Below, in pieces: positions 41,684-50,960 of a DNA stretch of 64,000 nucleotides. The position numbers were made by a program, and so were the translations under genes. The notes below the pieces were generated by a model. It was not told the DNA's origin. It was given only the letters and a program-made list of their open reading frames with translations, and did not search any database. How positions within the stretch are numbered: the first letter of the stretch is position 1; each line of letters starts with the position of its first letter. The DNA is from Pseudomonadota bacterium (GTDB taxonomy: Bacteria > Pseudomonadota > Alphaproteobacteria > Rickettsiales > UBA1997), in the NCBI GenBank assembly GCA_018970485.1, contig JAGWWH010000004.1, forward strand, positions 7,595-71,594. The letters run 5' to 3'.

Positions 41684-42707
41684 AAAATGCCTGCAAATTC
41701 GCTGCAGAAATTTCCTCAAATAAATTCTTTTTTCGCTCTTCGTCCAAATGCGAAACCACTTCGTCAAAAATCAGAATTGTCGGCTGATTTTTGTAAGAAG
41801 ATGAAATCCGCGCGCGCGCTAGAGTAATGCCAAGCATAATCGCTTTTTGTTCACCCGTAGAAGACAGTTTTGCCGAAATATTTTTTGCCAAAAAAATCGC
41901 ATCAAAATCAGCGCGATGCACACCAAATTCAGTTTTAAAACTAACCAAATCACGCTCGCGATTTTCTTTCATTTTAATTTTGTAAAGCTCTTCAAGTTGC
42001 GCTGCGCTTTGCTGCATAATCATCTCTTCAACTTCACCAAGCGCGCAAAGTTTTGTTTGCGGAAAATTTGAAGAAAAAGACGAAATAGCTTTATTAAAAA
42101 AATCTATCGCCTCGATCCGCGCCGCCGCGATTGAAACGCCAAGCTCAACGATTTTATTTTCCACCGCATTCAGCCATTTATCGTCGCGATGTTTTTGCAA
42201 AATCAACAACCTTTCTCGCAGTAATTTCTGGTAATTGTTAATGCGTCCGGAGTGCTCGTGATCTAGATCAGAGACTATTTTATCCATGTAATCACGACGC
42301 TCACTTTTGCCGGAAATAAAAAGCTGCTCAAGCTGCGGAGTAAGAAAAACAAAATTAATTAGATGGCTTCGAAGATCGCTTTGGCGCTTAGAACTAACTG
42401 GCTCGCCGTTGATTAGTAAAATCTTTTTTTTCTGAGTTGCATCAAATGAAACCGCAATTTTATCGATGAATTCGTGATTAGAAATTTCGGCGTAAATCGT
42501 GAAATTTTTCTCTTCAATTTTAACCATTTCATCAAAATCACTTCCACGTAAAGAAGCGCTGCGACCAAGCAAAGTAAGGCTTTCTAGGATATTAGTTTTT
42601 CCCGCACCATTTGCGCCAACAAGTAAAACTGATGGAGAAGAAAGTTCGATTCGACGCGAGGAAAAATTACGAAAATTTGTGAGAAGAAGTTTTTTGATCT
42701 GGATCAT
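41619..42707 (-). CDS. recF: DNA replication and repair protein RecF
   Basis: Contains MIQIKKLLLTNFRNF, GANGAGKTNILE, LSSTGEQKA and LIFDEV. I chose the start at 42707. The ORF-track start at 42734 (MSKGDLTSL) is read out of the palindromic repeat. Confidence 0.9.
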   Translation of the reverse strand: MIQIKKLLLTNFRNFSSRRIELSSPSVLLVGANGAGKTNILESLTLLGRSASLRGSDFDEMVKIEEKNFTIYAEISNHEFIDKIAVSFDATQKKKILLINGEPVSSKRQSDLRSHLINFVFLTPQLEQLFISGKSERRDYMDKIVSDLDHEHSGRINNYQKLLRERLLILQKHRDDKWLNAVENKIVELGVSIAAARIEAIDFFNKAISSFSSNFPQTKLCALGEVEEMIMQQSAAQLEELYKIKMKENRERDLVSFKTEFGVHRADFDAIFLAKNISAKLSSTGEQKAIMLGITLARARISSSYKNQPTILIFDEVVSHLDEERKKNLFEEISAANLQAFFSATSHELVPVKTSQLDIHAV

Positions 42708-42718
42708 GAGAGAGGTAA

Positions 42719-42773
42719 GGTCACCCTTCGACAAGCTCAGGGTGACTAGTCATGCTGAGCTTGTCGAAGCATG
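42719..42773. repeat. Nested-palindrome repeat element, copy B (intergenic, between dnaN and recF)
   Basis: Sequence: GGTCACCCTTCGACAAGCTCAGGGTGAC-TA-GTCATGCTGAGCTTGTCGAAGCATGG. The arms are mutual inverted repeats, and each arm also has its own 7-bp terminal inverted repeat (GTCACCC/GGGTGAC and GTCATGC/GCATG). Confidence 0.9.
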
Positions 42774-42783
42774 GATCTCAGAA

Positions 42784-43884
42784 CTAAATTCTAACCGGCA
42801 TGATGACAAACACCGCGCTCATATTTTTTGCTTCAATTAAGGCGGGAGAAGCTCCGTCTCTGAAGCGCATTAATAGTTCGTCATTATCGATTTGGCCGAT
42901 GATGTCTAAAAGATAACGTGAGTTGAAACCAGTTTCGATGCGCTCTCCGGTGTAGTTTGCGTCCATCTCTTCGTAAGCAAAAGATCCGTCATTTGTGTTA
43001 ACTTGCAGACTTAATTTTCCGTTCTCCAAAATCATCTTAACCAAGCGATGCTTGTCTGTAGCGACAGTTGAAACACGGTCGACGCAATCGAAAAAATTCT
43101 TTTTATTAATCACCGCAACATGCGAATTATTTTTCGGCAGAACTTTGTCGTAATCAGGAAATTCACCGTCGATTAACTTAGAAATGATTGTCGTTTGATC
43201 GGCGATAACTTTGATTTTCACGCGCGAAATCGCGAAGCGAACATTCTTTGCTGAGTCGATAATTTTACGAATTTCTGCGACAGATTTTTTCGGCAAAATC
43301 ACACCGAAATGATTTTTTACTTCAAAATCATTGAAGGCGAGAGCGAGTCTGTGGCCATCAGTTGCAACAGTACGAAGACCCTGTGTACCAGCGTGCAAGT
43401 AAAGTCCATTTAGATAATAACGAGTTTCATCGCTAGAAATTGCAAAGCGCGTTTTGTCAATCATGCGCGCTAAATCTTCTGATTTAATTTGGACTTCTTC
43501 GCCCAGCTCACCTTCGGATAAATTCGGAAATTCAGAAGCGTCGATGCAAGGTAGGCTGTATTTCGATTTACCTGATTTGATCTGCAAAATCGTCGCACTT
43601 TCTTGCGTGATCATGATCGCACCTTCCGGAATTTTACGCACAATATCAAAAAACATTTGCGCCGGAACTGTAGTCACGCCGCTCTTTTTGATATCAGCTT
43701 CGAAAGTAGCGGTAACAAGAATATCCATGTCAGTTGCTGACAAAATTATCTTGTCGCCATCTTTTGTTTTCTCTGCTTCGATTTTGATATTTTGAAGAAC
43801 AGGAATTGTATTTTTTCTCTCCACCGCGCCACTCACGTTTGAGATAGCTTTTAGTAGCGACTGTTTTGCTGCTTCGAACTGCAT
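42784..43884 (-). CDS. dnaN: DNA polymerase III beta sliding clamp
   Basis: MQFEAAKQSLLKAISNVSGAVERKNTIPVLQNIKIEA is a typical DnaN N-terminus, and the C-terminus reads VFVIMPVRI. I chose the start at 43884. The ORF-track start at 43998 would overlap ftsH. Confidence 0.93.
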   Translation of the reverse strand: MQFEAAKQSLLKAISNVSGAVERKNTIPVLQNIKIEAEKTKDGDKIILSATDMDILVTATFEADIKKSGVTTVPAQMFFDIVRKIPEGAIMITQESATILQIKSGKSKYSLPCIDASEFPNLSEGELGEEVQIKSEDLARMIDKTRFAISSDETRYYLNGLYLHAGTQGLRTVATDGHRLALAFNDFEVKNHFGVILPKKSVAEIRKIIDSAKNVRFAISRVKIKVIADQTTIISKLIDGEFPDYDKVLPKNNSHVAVINKKNFFDCVDRVSTVATDKHRLVKMILENGKLSLQVNTNDGSFAYEEMDANYTGERIETGFNSRYLLDIIGQIDNDELLMRFRDGASPALIEAKNMSAVFVIMPVRI

Positions 43885-43909
43885 TTGTGTTTGTGTTTTT
43901 TGTTTAAGA

Positions 43910-45778
43910 TTAGCTGACTTTTGGAATGAACCCACCGCTAATCGAGCTAGCTGCTGAGCTATTCTGGACCGATGGTTTTCTAATTTCTTTGCCAGCAAGT
44001 AAATCTTTAATTTCCTCTCCGCTCAAAGTTTCGTATTCAAGCAAAGCTCTGGCCAATTTTTCTAAATCGTCTTTTTTCTCGTTAAGAATTTTTTTAGCTT
44101 CGGCCAAGCCTTCATTGATGATACGCTTAACTTCTTCATCGATGATTTTTCCAGTTTCGTCAGAGTAAGGCTTATTAGCCGCGTAAAATCTCGAACCTTC
44201 ATCTTCGCCGTAATCAACAGCTCCAACTTTGTCGCTCAAACCCCATCTAGTAACCATGCTGCGCGCCATCGCGGTTGCTTGTTGGATATCGGAAGAAGCG
44301 CCGGTTGTGACTTGTTCGTAACCGAAAATTAATTCCTCAGCCGCGCGCCCGCCGAAAGCGACGATGAGATCATCTTTGAGTTTGGCGCGAGTAACCGAAA
44401 AGCGATCATTTTCCGGCAAGCGCATAACCAGTCCCAGAGCACGACCACGCGGGATGATTGTTGCTTTGTGAATTGGATCAGAATTTGGGCAATTAAGTGC
44501 AGTAATGGCGTGACCAGCTTCGTGATAGGCGGTGAGCTCTTTTTCTGATTTTTGCATCACCATCGATTTGCGCTCTGCGCCCATCATAATCTTATCTTTG
44601 GCATATTCGAAGTTACTCATTGTCACCATTTTCTGACTGAAACGCGCTGCGGTTAAAGCGGCTTCGTTAACTAGATTGGCGAGATCTGCGCCGGCAAAAC
44701 CTGGGGTTCCGCGGGCTAAAGTTTTTACGTCAATATCAGCGGCGGCGACAATCTTTTTGATGTGAACATTAAGAATTTGTTCGCGGCCAACGATGTCAGG
44801 ATTTGGCACAGTAACTTGACGATCAAAACGTCCCGGACGAAGCAAGGCGCGATCCAAAACATCGGGGCGATTTGTTGCAGCAATGATTACCACACCTTCA
44901 TTGTCAGAAAATCCGTCCATCTCAACCAACATCTGGTTAAGAGTTTGCTCACGCTCATCATTTCCCCCACCAACACCAGAGCCGCGATGGCGCCCAACCG
45001 CATCAATTTCGTCGATAAAAACAATACAAGGAGCTGATTTTTTCGCTTGCTCAAACATGTCACGAACTCTGCTCGCACCGACACCGACAAACATTTCAAC
45101 GAAATCAGAACCAGAAATTGAGAAAAATGGAACTCCTGCCTCACCAGCAATAGCGCGGGCCAACAAGGTTTTACCGGTTCCTGGGGAACCAATTAATAAA
45201 CAACCGCGCGGAATTTTTGCTCCGACATCAACGTATTTTTTAGCGTCTTTAAGGAAGTCAACAATTTCGCTGAGCTCCTGCTTTGCCTCGTCAATCCCCG
45301 CAACATCGCCAAAGGTAACTTTTCCTTTGTTTTCCTGTAAAAGTTTAGCGCGAGATTTTCCGAATCCAAAAGCGCCACCACGCCCACCTGCTCCTGAAGC
45401 GCCACGCGCAAAATAAATCCACAGACCAACCATTACGATGAGAGGAAGCCAGCCGAGAAATCCTGCGACAATTTTGTCAGACTTACTAACCAAAGGCACG
45501 GCGTTGATCTCCACTCCCTTCTCCTGCAACTTCGAAACGAGGTCAGGATATTCCGGAAGGTAAGTGTAAAACTGCGAATTATCTTTGAGTTTGCCGTTCA
45601 AATCACTGCCTTTGATATCAACAGAAACTACTTCTCCCGCATCGACCTTCTTCATGAAATCACTAAAGACCATTTTGCTTCCCGATGCACTGTTAGGGTT
45701 GTTAATCAGGCTAGATAAAAGCATCACTCCAGCAAAAATAATTAGCCAAGTTAGGAAGTTTTTTCCGGAATTTTTCAT
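43910..45778 (-). CDS. ftsH: ATP-dependent zinc metalloprotease FtsH
   Basis: Two TM helices, the AAA motifs [11 protein letters not shown] and IVFIDEIDA, and the HEAGH zinc site. Confidence 0.97.
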   Translation of the reverse strand: MKNSGKNFLTWLIIFAGVMLLSSLINNPNSASGSKMVFSDFMKKVDAGEVVSVDIKGSDLNGKLKDNSQFYTYLPEYPDLVSKLQEKGVEINAVPLVSKSDKIVAGFLGWLPLIVMVGLWIYFARGASGAGGRGGAFGFGKSRAKLLQENKGKVTFGDVAGIDEAKQELSEIVDFLKDAKKYVDVGAKIPRGCLLIGSPGTGKTLLARAIAGEAGVPFFSISGSDFVEMFVGVGASRVRDMFEQAKKSAPCIVFIDEIDAVGRHRGSGVGGGNDEREQTLNQMLVEMDGFSDNEGVVIIAATNRPDVLDRALLRPGRFDRQVTVPNPDIVGREQILNVHIKKIVAAADIDVKTLARGTPGFAGADLANLVNEAALTAARFSQKMVTMSNFEYAKDKIMMGAERKSMVMQKSEKELTAYHEAGHAITALNCPNSDPIHKATIIPRGRALGLVMRLPENDRFSVTRAKLKDDLIVAFGGRAAEELIFGYEQVTTGASSDIQQATAMARSMVTRWGLSDKVGAVDYGEDEGSRFYAANKPYSDETGKIIDEEVKRIINEGLAEAKKILNEKKDDLEKLARALLEYETLSGEEIKDLLAGKEIRKPSVQNSSAASSISGGFIPKVS

Positions 45779-45910
45779 TAGAGATTTTTTGAAATTTTGA
45801 AGAGCGATCTAGATAGAAATTAAGCCAATAGATTCAAGCTAAGTAAGGAATAGAAATATTGCGCTCTCATCAAAATTTAGTAGATAATTTCTGATTAAGA
45901 CCACGCGCAC

Positions 45911-46705
45911 TTAACCGATCAATCTTTTCATCAATTCTTCGCTGGGCTCAGGCTTTTTACCAAACCAAGCTTCAAACCCTACCAAAGCTTGCTCGACAAG
46001 CATGCCGATTCCGGTAACGATTTTATTTCCGCGCATCTCGGCAGATTTAAGCAGCTCGGTTTTGAGTGGTTTGTAAACGATATCGTAAACGATCGCAGAT
46101 TTCTTTAAGGCCGAAAGATCAAGCTCTAAAGGCTCTTGGCCAATCATTCCAAGCGAAGTTGTATTCACCAACAGATCACATTCAGCGAGTTTTTGTTCGA
46201 AATTTTTTCTGCCCAAAAATTCCACATCAGCAAAATTTTTTTCCGTACGGTTAGTTAAGTAAATTTTTTTTACTCCTGATTTGAGAAGTCCGTAAAACAC
46301 CGCCCGAGCAGCTCCACCAGCACCAATAACAAAAATATTTTTTTCAAAAAGATCAAAATTTGGCTGAGAATTTTTAAGATTTTGTAAGAAGCCAAAAACA
46401 TCAGAGTTAAGTCCACGCAACTTTTTTTCAGGAGTAATAACAACAGTGTTCACTGCGCCAGTTAGTTGAGCAGTTTCATCAAGTTCGTCACAAATTTCAA
46501 AAATTTTTTCTTTGTGCGGAATAGTAACGTTAAAACCTGCAAAACCTTGATTTACAAGATTCCAAACCACTTCGCTTAGCTCATTTTTTTGCACAAGAAT
46601 CGCTTCGTAACTTCCTGCAATTTTAAGTTTTTGTAGAAAAAAATTATGAATTTTTGGTGAGAGTGAATGCGAAATTGGATCTCCGATTACAGCAGACTTG
46701 ATCAC
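45911..46705 (-). CDS. aroE: Shikimate dehydrogenase
   Basis: Contains VIGDPISHSLSPKIHN, GFNVTIPHK, GAGGAARA and NTTSLGM. Confidence 0.9.
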   Translation of the reverse strand: MIKSAVIGDPISHSLSPKIHNFFLQKLKIAGSYEAILVQKNELSEVVWNLVNQGFAGFNVTIPHKEKIFEICDELDETAQLTGAVNTVVITPEKKLRGLNSDVFGFLQNLKNSQPNFDLFEKNIFVIGAGGAARAVFYGLLKSGVKKIYLTNRTEKNFADVEFLGRKNFEQKLAECDLLVNTTSLGMIGQEPLELDLSALKKSAIVYDIVYKPLKTELLKSAEMRGNKIVTGIGMLVEQALVGFEAWFGKKPEPSEELMKRLIG

Positions 46706-48534
46706 TCTTTTTCTCCTTCAATCGAACCTTCTTTTTTAGTATTTTCGGCATCTTGTTTGTTCGATTTATTCTTAGAGTAATCAGGCATGTAAGGCTCTTG
46801 TTTCGGAATTTTAGTTTTTGGCAAGAGGCGCGAAGTGAACATTTTGTCTTTGAAATAAAATATTTTTTTCGCGCGAATTGGTGGCTGAGATTCAATCAAA
46901 ATAATTTCTTCTTCGCGCGGTAATTGGATAACCTCTTGTGGTAACAACAAAGCGCGCTGCACATCAGAAAGATGTAGAGAACGCGCACCAGGATTGAGAT
47001 CGAGATATTTTGGCTTGTTGTAAGAAATTTGTGTCGCGGTTTTATTGCCAAGAAGTTGTGAGATCAGATTTGCCGTCTCCATGTTGTTGGCAGCGAAAGT
47101 TACGCGATAAGTTGAGTTGGAAAGGAATGAGTTCATTCCACTTTCTTCGTAAATTCCTTTGAGCTGCTCGGTATCTTGAATGATTAGAAACAAACGAACG
47201 CGATATCCGCGGAAGTAAGCAATACCTGCCTGAAACTGCTCCATTTTGCCTAGAGTTGGAAACTCATCCATCAGCATCAATACGCCAAATTTCTCATTGG
47301 GACGCGGCATATGTGCGGTGAAAAATGCTGCAGCTTGTTGATAAAACATATTCATCAAGGGCTTGAGGCGCGTGATGTTATCTGGTGTTAAACCAACGTA
47401 ACAAGTGTGCGGAGAGAGTTTGAATTCATGCAAATTAAAATCAGAAGTGGCAGTTGTGGTATCAATCAAAGGGTTGGCCCATAATTCGAGAGATGAGTTG
47501 GCTGTAGATGTCACCGAGCCCCGCTCTTTATCAGGCTTCTGCAAATATGAAGCGATATTCATGTAAGAAACTGGGTGAATTTTTTTGCCCATCGTGTCGA
47601 GAACCACAGCAAGATTATAAACCACGTCATCATTTCTAAGGGTTCGCACAACCTCGCCGAGAGTTGCCGGCTTATCTTCCGCGGCAACGAGATAAAGCAT
47701 AACTCCTGTCAATAAAGCGCGCGCTTCGTTCTGCCAAAATTCCTGTTCGGGCAAAAGAAAATTACAGAGCTTCTGCACGTCATCGACCATTTTTCCCGGC
47801 TTGTTACTGATCCAATCCATCGGATTGTAGCAATGTGAAATTCCGTCAGGATCTGCCGGATTCCACAAAAATACTTTTTGTTTCAGATGCTTGCGACGCC
47901 AGCCAGAAGTGAGTTCGTAGTTTTCTAACTTGATATCGTGAACGATAACTGACTCAGCCCAAAACAACAAATTCGGAATTACAAAACCCACACCTTTACC
48001 AGAACCCGTAGGTGCAAAAAGCAAAATATGTTGAAAGCCTTCAGCAATCAGAAGTTTATGTTTGTAGGTGCCAAGCAAAACTCCGGTTTTTGAGCGCAAA
48101 CCCATTTTCTTAACTTCCTTTGAAGTTGCCCAATGAGAATCGCCGTGGATTGATTCTTTTTTCTTGAAAGGACGCCAATCCATTATTGGTGCGCGGAATT
48201 TCCAGCCGCCTGCTAGCAAAATTAAGTAAGGTATAACTGTCGTTATCCAAAGTTTCCAAACGAAGCCGTTATAGCTTGAGATATTGAGCTTAGAGGAGTT
48301 GGCAAAATAGAATTTCCAGTAAGTGGCAAGAGTTTTGTAAATATAAATAAACTGCTTGGGCAGTGATAAATCTAGGTAGCTTTTGATGATGTCCCACTTC
48401 CCTGTAACAGCAAAAATGACGAGAGTTCCTGTGATGTAAAAGCAACTAGCAAGAACTAGGGCGAGCAAAAAACTAATGATTACAAAATTGCGTAAACTTT
48501 GTACCGCTGGATTTTCGTCTGCTATTGATGCCAT
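46702..48534 (-). CDS. virD4: Type IV secretion system coupling protein VirD4/TraG family
   Basis: 610 aa. N-terminal TM helices, HGDSHWAT, Walker A FAPTGSGKGVGFVIPNLL and Walker B LMLMDEFPTLG. The start and stop overlap recN and aroE. Confidence 0.9.
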   Translation of the reverse strand: MASIADENPAVQSLRNFVIISFLLALVLASCFYITGTLVIFAVTGKWDIIKSYLDLSLPKQFIYIYKTLATYWKFYFANSSKLNISSYNGFVWKLWITTVIPYLILLAGGWKFRAPIMDWRPFKKKESIHGDSHWATSKEVKKMGLRSKTGVLLGTYKHKLLIAEGFQHILLFAPTGSGKGVGFVIPNLLFWAESVIVHDIKLENYELTSGWRRKHLKQKVFLWNPADPDGISHCYNPMDWISNKPGKMVDDVQKLCNFLLPEQEFWQNEARALLTGVMLYLVAAEDKPATLGEVVRTLRNDDVVYNLAVVLDTMGKKIHPVSYMNIASYLQKPDKERGSVTSTANSSLELWANPLIDTTTATSDFNLHEFKLSPHTCYVGLTPDNITRLKPLMNMFYQQAAAFFTAHMPRPNEKFGVLMLMDEFPTLGKMEQFQAGIAYFRGYRVRLFLIIQDTEQLKGIYEESGMNSFLSNSTYRVTFAANNMETANLISQLLGNKTATQISYNKPKYLDLNPGARSLHLSDVQRALLLPQEVIQLPREEEIILIESQPPIRAKKIFYFKDKMFTSRLLPKTKIPKQEPYMPDYSKNKSNKQDAENTKKEGSIEGEKE

Positions 48535-50246
48535 TAATTTTCGATTAAACTTTTTGCTGCTAAAACCGCTTCCACGCTGATTTCTTCGCCTGATAACATT
48601 CTTGCAATTTCTTGCTCACGATCTTTTTTGTCGAGCTTTTTAATTTCAGTTTTCGCTTTGTTTTCAGAAAAAACTTTACTGATTTTAAAATGAGTTTTTG
48701 CTTTTGCGGCAATTTGTGGTTGATGAGTAACTACTAGAATTTGCAATTTTTCCGACAGGGTCTTGAGACGCTTTCCAACCGCATCAGCTGTACTTCCACC
48801 AATTCCAGTATCTATTTCATCAAAAATCATTGTTGGCACTGATTTCACATCAAGCAGCGCAACTTTAAGCGCGAGCATGAAGCGAGAAAGCTCGCCACCA
48901 GAAGCGATTTTAGAAATGTCGTCGAAGCCGTTTTTATTCAGAGAGGCGGTGAAGCGAACGCGGTCGTAGCCAGCGGGAGAACATGCTTCGACAGGCTCAG
49001 CATGACCAAGATCGTCACCCTGACCCTTCGACAAGCTCACGGTTCGAAGGCTGTCGCGAGCAATATCTATTAAAAATTTTGTTTCACCCATCTTCAAAAA
49101 TTTCAGCTCTGCCTCAACTTTTTCTGACAAAATTTTTGCCGATTTTTTGCGACGCTCCGAAAGTTCGTCGGCAATTTTCTTGTAATCTTTATTTAGCTCC
49201 AAGCGTTGTTTCTCAAGCTCTCCGACGAACTCCTCTTCATTTGAAAGTAGTTTTAATTTTTCTTGTGCATCCAAAATTATTTGCGGCAAGGAATCGATTG
49301 GAACATTGAATTTTCTAGCAAGAGCGCGAATGAAAAAAAGCCTCTCTTCAATTTCATCAAGATTATTTTCATCAGCAGAAATTTTTCTAACTAAGGCTTC
49401 GATGCTTGAAATTGCTGAATCGAGCTCATCATTTTGTCGATCAATTTTTTCGCTTAAGCCATCAAAATCTTCGCCAAGATTTTGATTTCTGATTAAAATT
49501 TTCTGCGCCAAAAGCAGTTGCGAGTTCGCTTCAAGCAAGTGTGATTTTAGGTCGCTAGAAAAATTTAGAATTTTTTCTTTGCTGATTAAAAAATCTTTTT
49601 TGGCGATTAATTCATTTTCTTCATCTGCTTTTAGCTCAGCATTTTCTAGCTCTTGCACCACATGTTCGAGATAATCTTTCTCTCTTGCTGCTGCTTCTTT
49701 TTTTGCAGAAATATCAGAAATTTTTTCCTCAACGACGCGTAAATTTTCGTAAATTTTTTTGAGATTTTTTAGCAAATTTTCGTTGCCAGCAAATTCATCT
49801 AGAATCGCCAAATGAGCGCTTGGATTAAGGAGTCCGCGCTGATCGTGTTGCCCGTGAATTTCCACCAAAGTTTCCCCAACTTTTGCTAAAAGATTCACAC
49901 CAATTGCGTTATCATTAACGAAAATTTTATTGACTGAATTTTCATTAATAGTTCTACGAATCCTTAACAGGCTTGGATTCTCGCTATCTAACAGATCATT
50001 TTCTGTAAGAAATTTTTTACATATTTCGTTTTGCGAAATATCAAATTCTGCTGCGACTTGTGCTTTATTTTCATCGCCACCAATCAAACGAAAATTAGCG
50101 CGAAAACCAATAGCAAGACCAAGAGCATCAAGCAAAATCGACTTACCCGAACCGGTCTCGCCACTTAGAATACAAAGACCCGGCGCAAGCTCGATTTCTG
50201 CTTTGTCGATTAGAACAATATTGTGAATTGAAAGAGAGGTAAGCAT
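48534..50246 (-). CDS. recN: DNA repair protein RecN, carrying a 23-codon repeat-derived insert
   Basis: Contains MLTSLSIHNIVLIDKAEIE, GETGSGKSILLDAL, a long coiled coil, the ABC signature ASGGELSRFMLALK and Walker B MIFDEIDTGIGG. Confidence 0.93.
   Translation of the reverse strand: MLTSLSIHNIVLIDKAEIELAPGLCILSGETGSGKSILLDALGLAIGFRANFRLIGGDENKAQVAAEFDISQNEICKKFLTENDLLDSENPSLLRIRRTINENSVNKIFVNDNAIGVNLLAKVGETLVEIHGQHDQRGLLNPSAHLAILDEFAGNENLLKNLKKIYENLRVVEEKISDISAKKEAAAREKDYLEHVVQELENAELKADEENELIAKKDFLISKEKILNFSSDLKSHLLEANSQLLLAQKILIRNQNLGEDFDGLSEKIDRQNDELDSAISSIEALVRKISADENNLDEIEERLFFIRALARKFNVPIDSLPQIILDAQEKLKLLSNEEEFVGELEKQRLELNKDYKKIADELSERRKKSAKILSEKVEAELKFLKMGETKFLIDIARDSLRTVSLSKGQGDDLGHAEPVEACSPAGYDRVRFTASLNKNGFDDISKIASGGELSRFMLALKVALLDVKSVPTMIFDEIDTGIGGSTADAVGKRLKTLSEKLQILVVTHQPQIAAKAKTHFKISKVFSENKAKTEIKKLDKKDREQEIARMLSGEEISVEAVLAAKSLIEN
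48982..49050. repeat. Nested-palindrome repeat element, copy C (rearranged, inverted orientation, in-frame inside recN)
   Basis: Sequence: CATGCTTCGACAGGCTCAGCATGAC-CAAGATC-GTCACCCTGA-CCCTTCGACAAGCTCACGG-TTCGAAGG. The first arm is the reverse complement of the right arm of copies A and B, with one mismatch. It is 69 bp, or 23 codons, translated as LRTVSLSKGQGDDLGHAEPVEA. Confidence 0.85.
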
Positions 50247-50284
50247 CTTCTCAGAGATAAATCGGAAATTTAAAATTTAAAATC

Positions 50285-50692
50285 ATGTTCGCACTTCATC
50301 CTCAATTAAAAGCAGACACTCACTTTGTTTGCGACTTACCGATTTCCTCTCTGCTTTTGATGAATGACTCGAATTATTCTTGGCTCATTCTAGTGCCAAG
50401 AAAGCCTGATTTAACTGAGTTAACCGACCTTTCCTTCGACGAACAAACTAAAATTTTGCGCGAAATAAATTTGGTCGCAGAAATTTTACAGAAAGAATTT
50501 GGCGCCGAAAAATTAAATATTGCTGCACTTGGAAATGTTGTTTCGCAACTCCACATTCACGTCATTGGTCGCAAAAAAAATGACGCGACTTTTCCAAAAC
50601 CAGTTTGGGGAAACGCCCCTGCAAAACCTTACGAATCAGCAGAAGCCGCAGCTCTAGTTCAAAAACTAAAATCACTTTTACCAAATGAATAA
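50285..50692 (+). CDS. HIT (histidine triad) family protein
   Basis: 135 aa. Histidine triad motif VSQLHIHVIGR. Confidence 0.85.
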   Translation: MFALHPQLKADTHFVCDLPISSLLLMNDSNYSWLILVPRKPDLTELTDLSFDEQTKILREINLVAEILQKEFGAEKLNIAALGNVVSQLHIHVIGRKKNDATFPKPVWGNAPAKPYESAEAAALVQKLKSLLPNE

Positions 50693-50930
50693 TGAGAATT
50701 TGACTAAGCAATTACTCTACCGCTCGATTCACCGCGGCTGCAAAGAAACTGATTTTTTGATTGGAGGATTTGCTCAAGCAAAACTAAGCGAGATCGAGGA
50801 TCCCGAGCTATTCGGAAGATTCTTGGAAGAAGATGACTTGAAAATTTACGACTGGATTTTGGATAAAGAAAACACTCCTGAGCACTACAGAAATCTAGTT
50901 CAACAGATTAGAGAATTTCACAAAATATAG
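50685..50930 (+). CDS. sdhE: Succinate dehydrogenase flavinylation factor SdhE/SDHAF2 (DUF339)
   Basis: 81 aa. Contains YRSIHRGCKETDFLIGGFA and DDLKIYDWI, which follow the family pattern RGxxE.D. Confidence 0.8.
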   Translation: MNNENLTKQLLYRSIHRGCKETDFLIGGFAQAKLSEIEDPELFGRFLEEDDLKIYDWILDKENTPEHYRNLVQQIREFHKI

Positions 50931-50960
50931 ATTTTGAGCACCGTGCTCAAAATCTTTTTT

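Noticed and set aside
42708-42734. ORF-track N-terminal extensions: recF (42734), dnaN (43998), gatC (20931), ldcA (30364), prs (40662), tmk (15034) and grxD (9685)
   Set aside because: In each case an internal Met reproduces the canonical family N-terminus. The extension either overlaps a neighbouring gene or, for recF, is read out of the palindromic repeat. I reported the shorter coordinates.
44762-45429. Several ORFs of 78-177 aa on both strands within ftsH, for example 44883-45416 on the plus strand
   Set aside because: They are off-frame or antisense readings inside the unambiguous ftsH gene (AAA and HEAGH motifs) and have no independent support.
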